DNA of 6,731 nucleotides from Candidatus Auribacterota bacterium (GTDB lineage Bacteria; Auribacterota; UBA6266): NCBI GenBank assembly GCA_023136205.1, contig JAGLRQ010000118.1, positions 1 to 6,731 of the forward strand, read 5' to 3'. Shown piece by piece: positions 5,116 to 6,731 of this stretch (position 1 is its first letter; each line of letters starts with the position of its first letter). The notes under the pieces were generated by a model. It saw only the letters and a program-made list of their open reading frames with translations, ran no database searches and was not told where the DNA came from. The position numbers and the translations under genes were made by a program.

Positions 5116-5424
5116 ATGAAATTAACCATCGCCAGTCTAATTGTTGTTGCAACAGTTTTGATTTCGGGATGCAAAACGACACCACCTGTCGTCACCACCA
5201 AAACGCCTGTCCTGAGTGCAACAGGTGCGGTCATAGTTAAGCAAGATGCAAAGTACTTTTACTACAAGAAGAAATGTGAAGCTTGTGGCTTCACCTCAAA
5301 GAATCAGATCGGGTCTGGATACCCAAAGGGTAAAGGTAAGTTAAGCTCAACTTTCAAATGTCCAAAGTGCGGGAAAAACCAAAAGGTTCAAATTGAGATT
5401 AAAGAAGCTTCAACCACAAACTGA
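5116..5424 (+). CDS. Small lipoprotein with a CxxC...CxxC zinc-ribbon-like motif
   Basis: The signal peptide MKLTIASLIVVATVLISGC carries a lipobox (LISG|C). A strong GGAGGAG Shine-Dalgarno sequence lies immediately upstream. The mature part contains CEACG...(24)...CPKCG. 102 aa. Confidence 0.8.
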   Translation: MKLTIASLIVVATVLISGCKTTPPVVTTKTPVLSATGAVIVKQDAKYFYYKKKCEACGFTSKNQIGSGYPKGKGKLSSTFKCPKCGKNQKVQIEIKEASTTN

Positions 5425-5488
5425 ACCGTATTTAAAATAGTTGCGCATTTTGAAACGGTAAGTTTAATGTTATAAATAGGAGATTGTC

Positions 5489-6385
5489 ATGGCTAAAATA
5501 ATAGACGGCAAAAAGATAGCCGCTGAAATAAGGGGAGAATTAAAGTCATCTGTGTCAGCAATAAAAGAGAAGACAGGTGTTGTCCCCGGCATTGCGGTCC
5601 TGCTCATAGGAGATAATCCCGCTTCAAAAGTATATGTTTCCATGAAAGAAAAAGCATGCAAAGAGCTGGGGATTTATTCTGAGAAGCATCTCATTGATAA
5701 AACAGTAACCACTGAAGAGTTAATAAAGAAAATAGAGGAGCTTAACAATTCTTCAAAAATACATGGGGTTCTTGTTCAGCTTCCTCTCCCGGATCATGTT
5801 TGTGAAAAGGATGTCCTGGAAGCTGTCAGTGTTGATAAAGATGTAGATTGTTTTCATCCGTATAATGTCGGAAGAATGCTTATAGGAAATCCGGCATTTC
5901 TCCCATGTACACCGGCTGGTGTACAGGAACTCTTAGTCAGAAGCGGTATTTCTCCCGAAGGCAAAAATGTTGTAATTATCGGAAGGAGCAATATAGTCGG
6001 TAAACCACTGTTTTCTATATTATGCCAGAAAGCCAAAAATGCCAATGCTACTGTTTCTATGTGTCATTCAAGGACTAAAAACTTACATGAAATAGCTTCA
6101 CAAGCAGATATTCTCATAGCAGCGATAGGCAGGCCGGAGTTTGTTAAGGCCGGGATGGTAAAGCCCGGGGCCGTTGTAATTGATGTTGGGGTTAACAGGG
6201 TGGAAGACACGTCCAGGGAAAAAGGGTATCGTTTGACAGGGGATGTGGATTTTGAAGCAGTCAAGGAAAAAGCGTCAGCCATAACACCTGTCCCAGGCGG
6301 AGTTGGCCCCATGACGATTGCAATGCTTATGAAAAATACGGTTGCGGCCTGTAGAAGACAACTTGGAATGAAGGAGAATGATTGA
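5489..6385 (+). CDS. folD: Bifunctional 5,10-methylene-tetrahydrofolate dehydrogenase / methenyl-THF cyclohydrolase
   Basis: 298 aa with canonical FolD blocks: [15 protein letters not shown], [25 protein letters not shown], [21 protein letters not shown], PCTPx[32 protein letters not shown], [20 protein letters not shown]. AGGAG lies 6 nt upstream of the ATG. Confidence 0.97.
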   Translation: MAKIIDGKKIAAEIRGELKSSVSAIKEKTGVVPGIAVLLIGDNPASKVYVSMKEKACKELGIYSEKHLIDKTVTTEELIKKIEELNNSSKIHGVLVQLPLPDHVCEKDVLEAVSVDKDVDCFHPYNVGRMLIGNPAFLPCTPAGVQELLVRSGISPEGKNVVIIGRSNIVGKPLFSILCQKAKNANATVSMCHSRTKNLHEIASQADILIAAIGRPEFVKAGMVKPGAVVIDVGVNRVEDTSREKGYRLTGDVDFEAVKEKASAITPVPGGVGPMTIAMLMKNTVAACRRQLGMKEND

Positions 6386-6731
6386 TGAATAAAAAAGTAA
6401 CCATTATCGGCGCCGGGTTTGTGGGTGCTACTTGTGCAAGGCGCATTGTGGAAAAAGATTTAGCGGATGTAGTTCTGATGGATATAGTGGAAGGCCTGCC
6501 GCAGGGTAAAGCCCTTGACCTGATGGAATCATCCCCCATAGAAGAATTTCAGGCGAAAATTACAGGAACAAATGATTATTCTGAAACAAAAGACAGCGAT
6601 ATAGTTGTAATAACAGCCGGTATGGCCAGGAAACCCGGCATGAGCAGAGATGATCTTCAAAAGATAAATGCCGGAATAATATCGGATGTGGTTAAAAATA
6701 TTTCATCTTTGAGCCCTGAGGCCATAATCAT
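6385..6731 (+). CDS. mdh: Malate dehydrogenase (LDH-like MDH family), 3'-truncated by the window edge
   Basis: Not in the supplied track because there is no stop codon in the window. My own translation reads [99 protein letters not shown]... It has the GxGxxG NAD fold and [16 protein letters not shown]. The Arg in GMARKPG is the residue that distinguishes MDH from LDH, which has Gln there. The ATG overlaps the folD stop (TGATG). Confidence 0.93.
   Translation, partial: MNKKVTIIGAGFVGATCARRIVEKDLADVVLMDIVEGLPQGKALDLMESSPIEEFQAKITGTNDYSETKDSDIVVITAGMARKPGMSRDDLQKINAGIISDVVKNISSLSPEAII

Noticed and set aside
5425-5488. Hairpin-like ACCGT...ACGGT and AAAAT...ATTTT pairings after the lipoprotein gene, considered as a terminator.
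   Set aside because: The stems are only 5 bp. They are AT-rich or separated by a long loop, and no proper T run follows.
324-6539. All minus-strand ORFs in the track: 324-599, 672-950, 981-1181, 1193-1414, 1598-1807, 4440-4652, 4946-5185, 5004-5234, 5470-5661, 5854-6045, 6064-6312 and 6327-6539.
   Set aside because: Each lies antisense to a well-supported + strand gene or straddles a gene boundary. Their translations are low-complexity or rich in Ser, Pro, Thr and Leu, as expected for shadow frames. None has a convincing RBS or a recognisable motif. 4946-5185 and 5004-5234 also overlap each other and the lipoprotein gene.

Overview
All credible genes in this 6.7-kb window are on the + strand. 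Host-like, moderate-GC genes form the frame. They are a 5'-truncated RnfB-type polyferredoxin (1-738), a B12-binding corrinoid protein (1254-1895), a small zinc-ribbon lipoprotein (5116-5424), folD (5489-6385) and a 3'-truncated malate dehydrogenase (6385-6731). The mdh gene is missing from the ORF track because it has no stop codon in the window. Two AT-rich insertions interrupt this frame. The first is a four-helix-bundle gene of the '23S rRNA intervening-sequence protein' family (809-1168). It is bracketed by a perfect 24-bp inverted repeat made of TATTGAG heptads. The second, at 1946-4823, is a roughly 27-30% GC cassette of three uncharacterised genes. Gene one encodes a 491-aa protein with an N-terminal CxxC zinc ribbon, a possible winged-helix region, a clear TIR-like core (NIFISY...SYKTQWVNQEIGYAEAL) and an orphan C-terminal domain. 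Gene two encodes a roughly 100-aa protein with an N-terminal RHG motif like that of histidine phosphatases. Gene three encodes a 294-aa protein whose N-terminal half has a PD-(D/E)xK-like layout. A rho-independent terminator follows at 4897-4938. I could not recognise the partners that define named TIR systems, so this cassette is the main candidate for an undescribed defence system. No rRNA, tRNA, CRISPR array, integrase or transposase was seen. All homology statements come from reading motifs by eye and need profile or structure searches.
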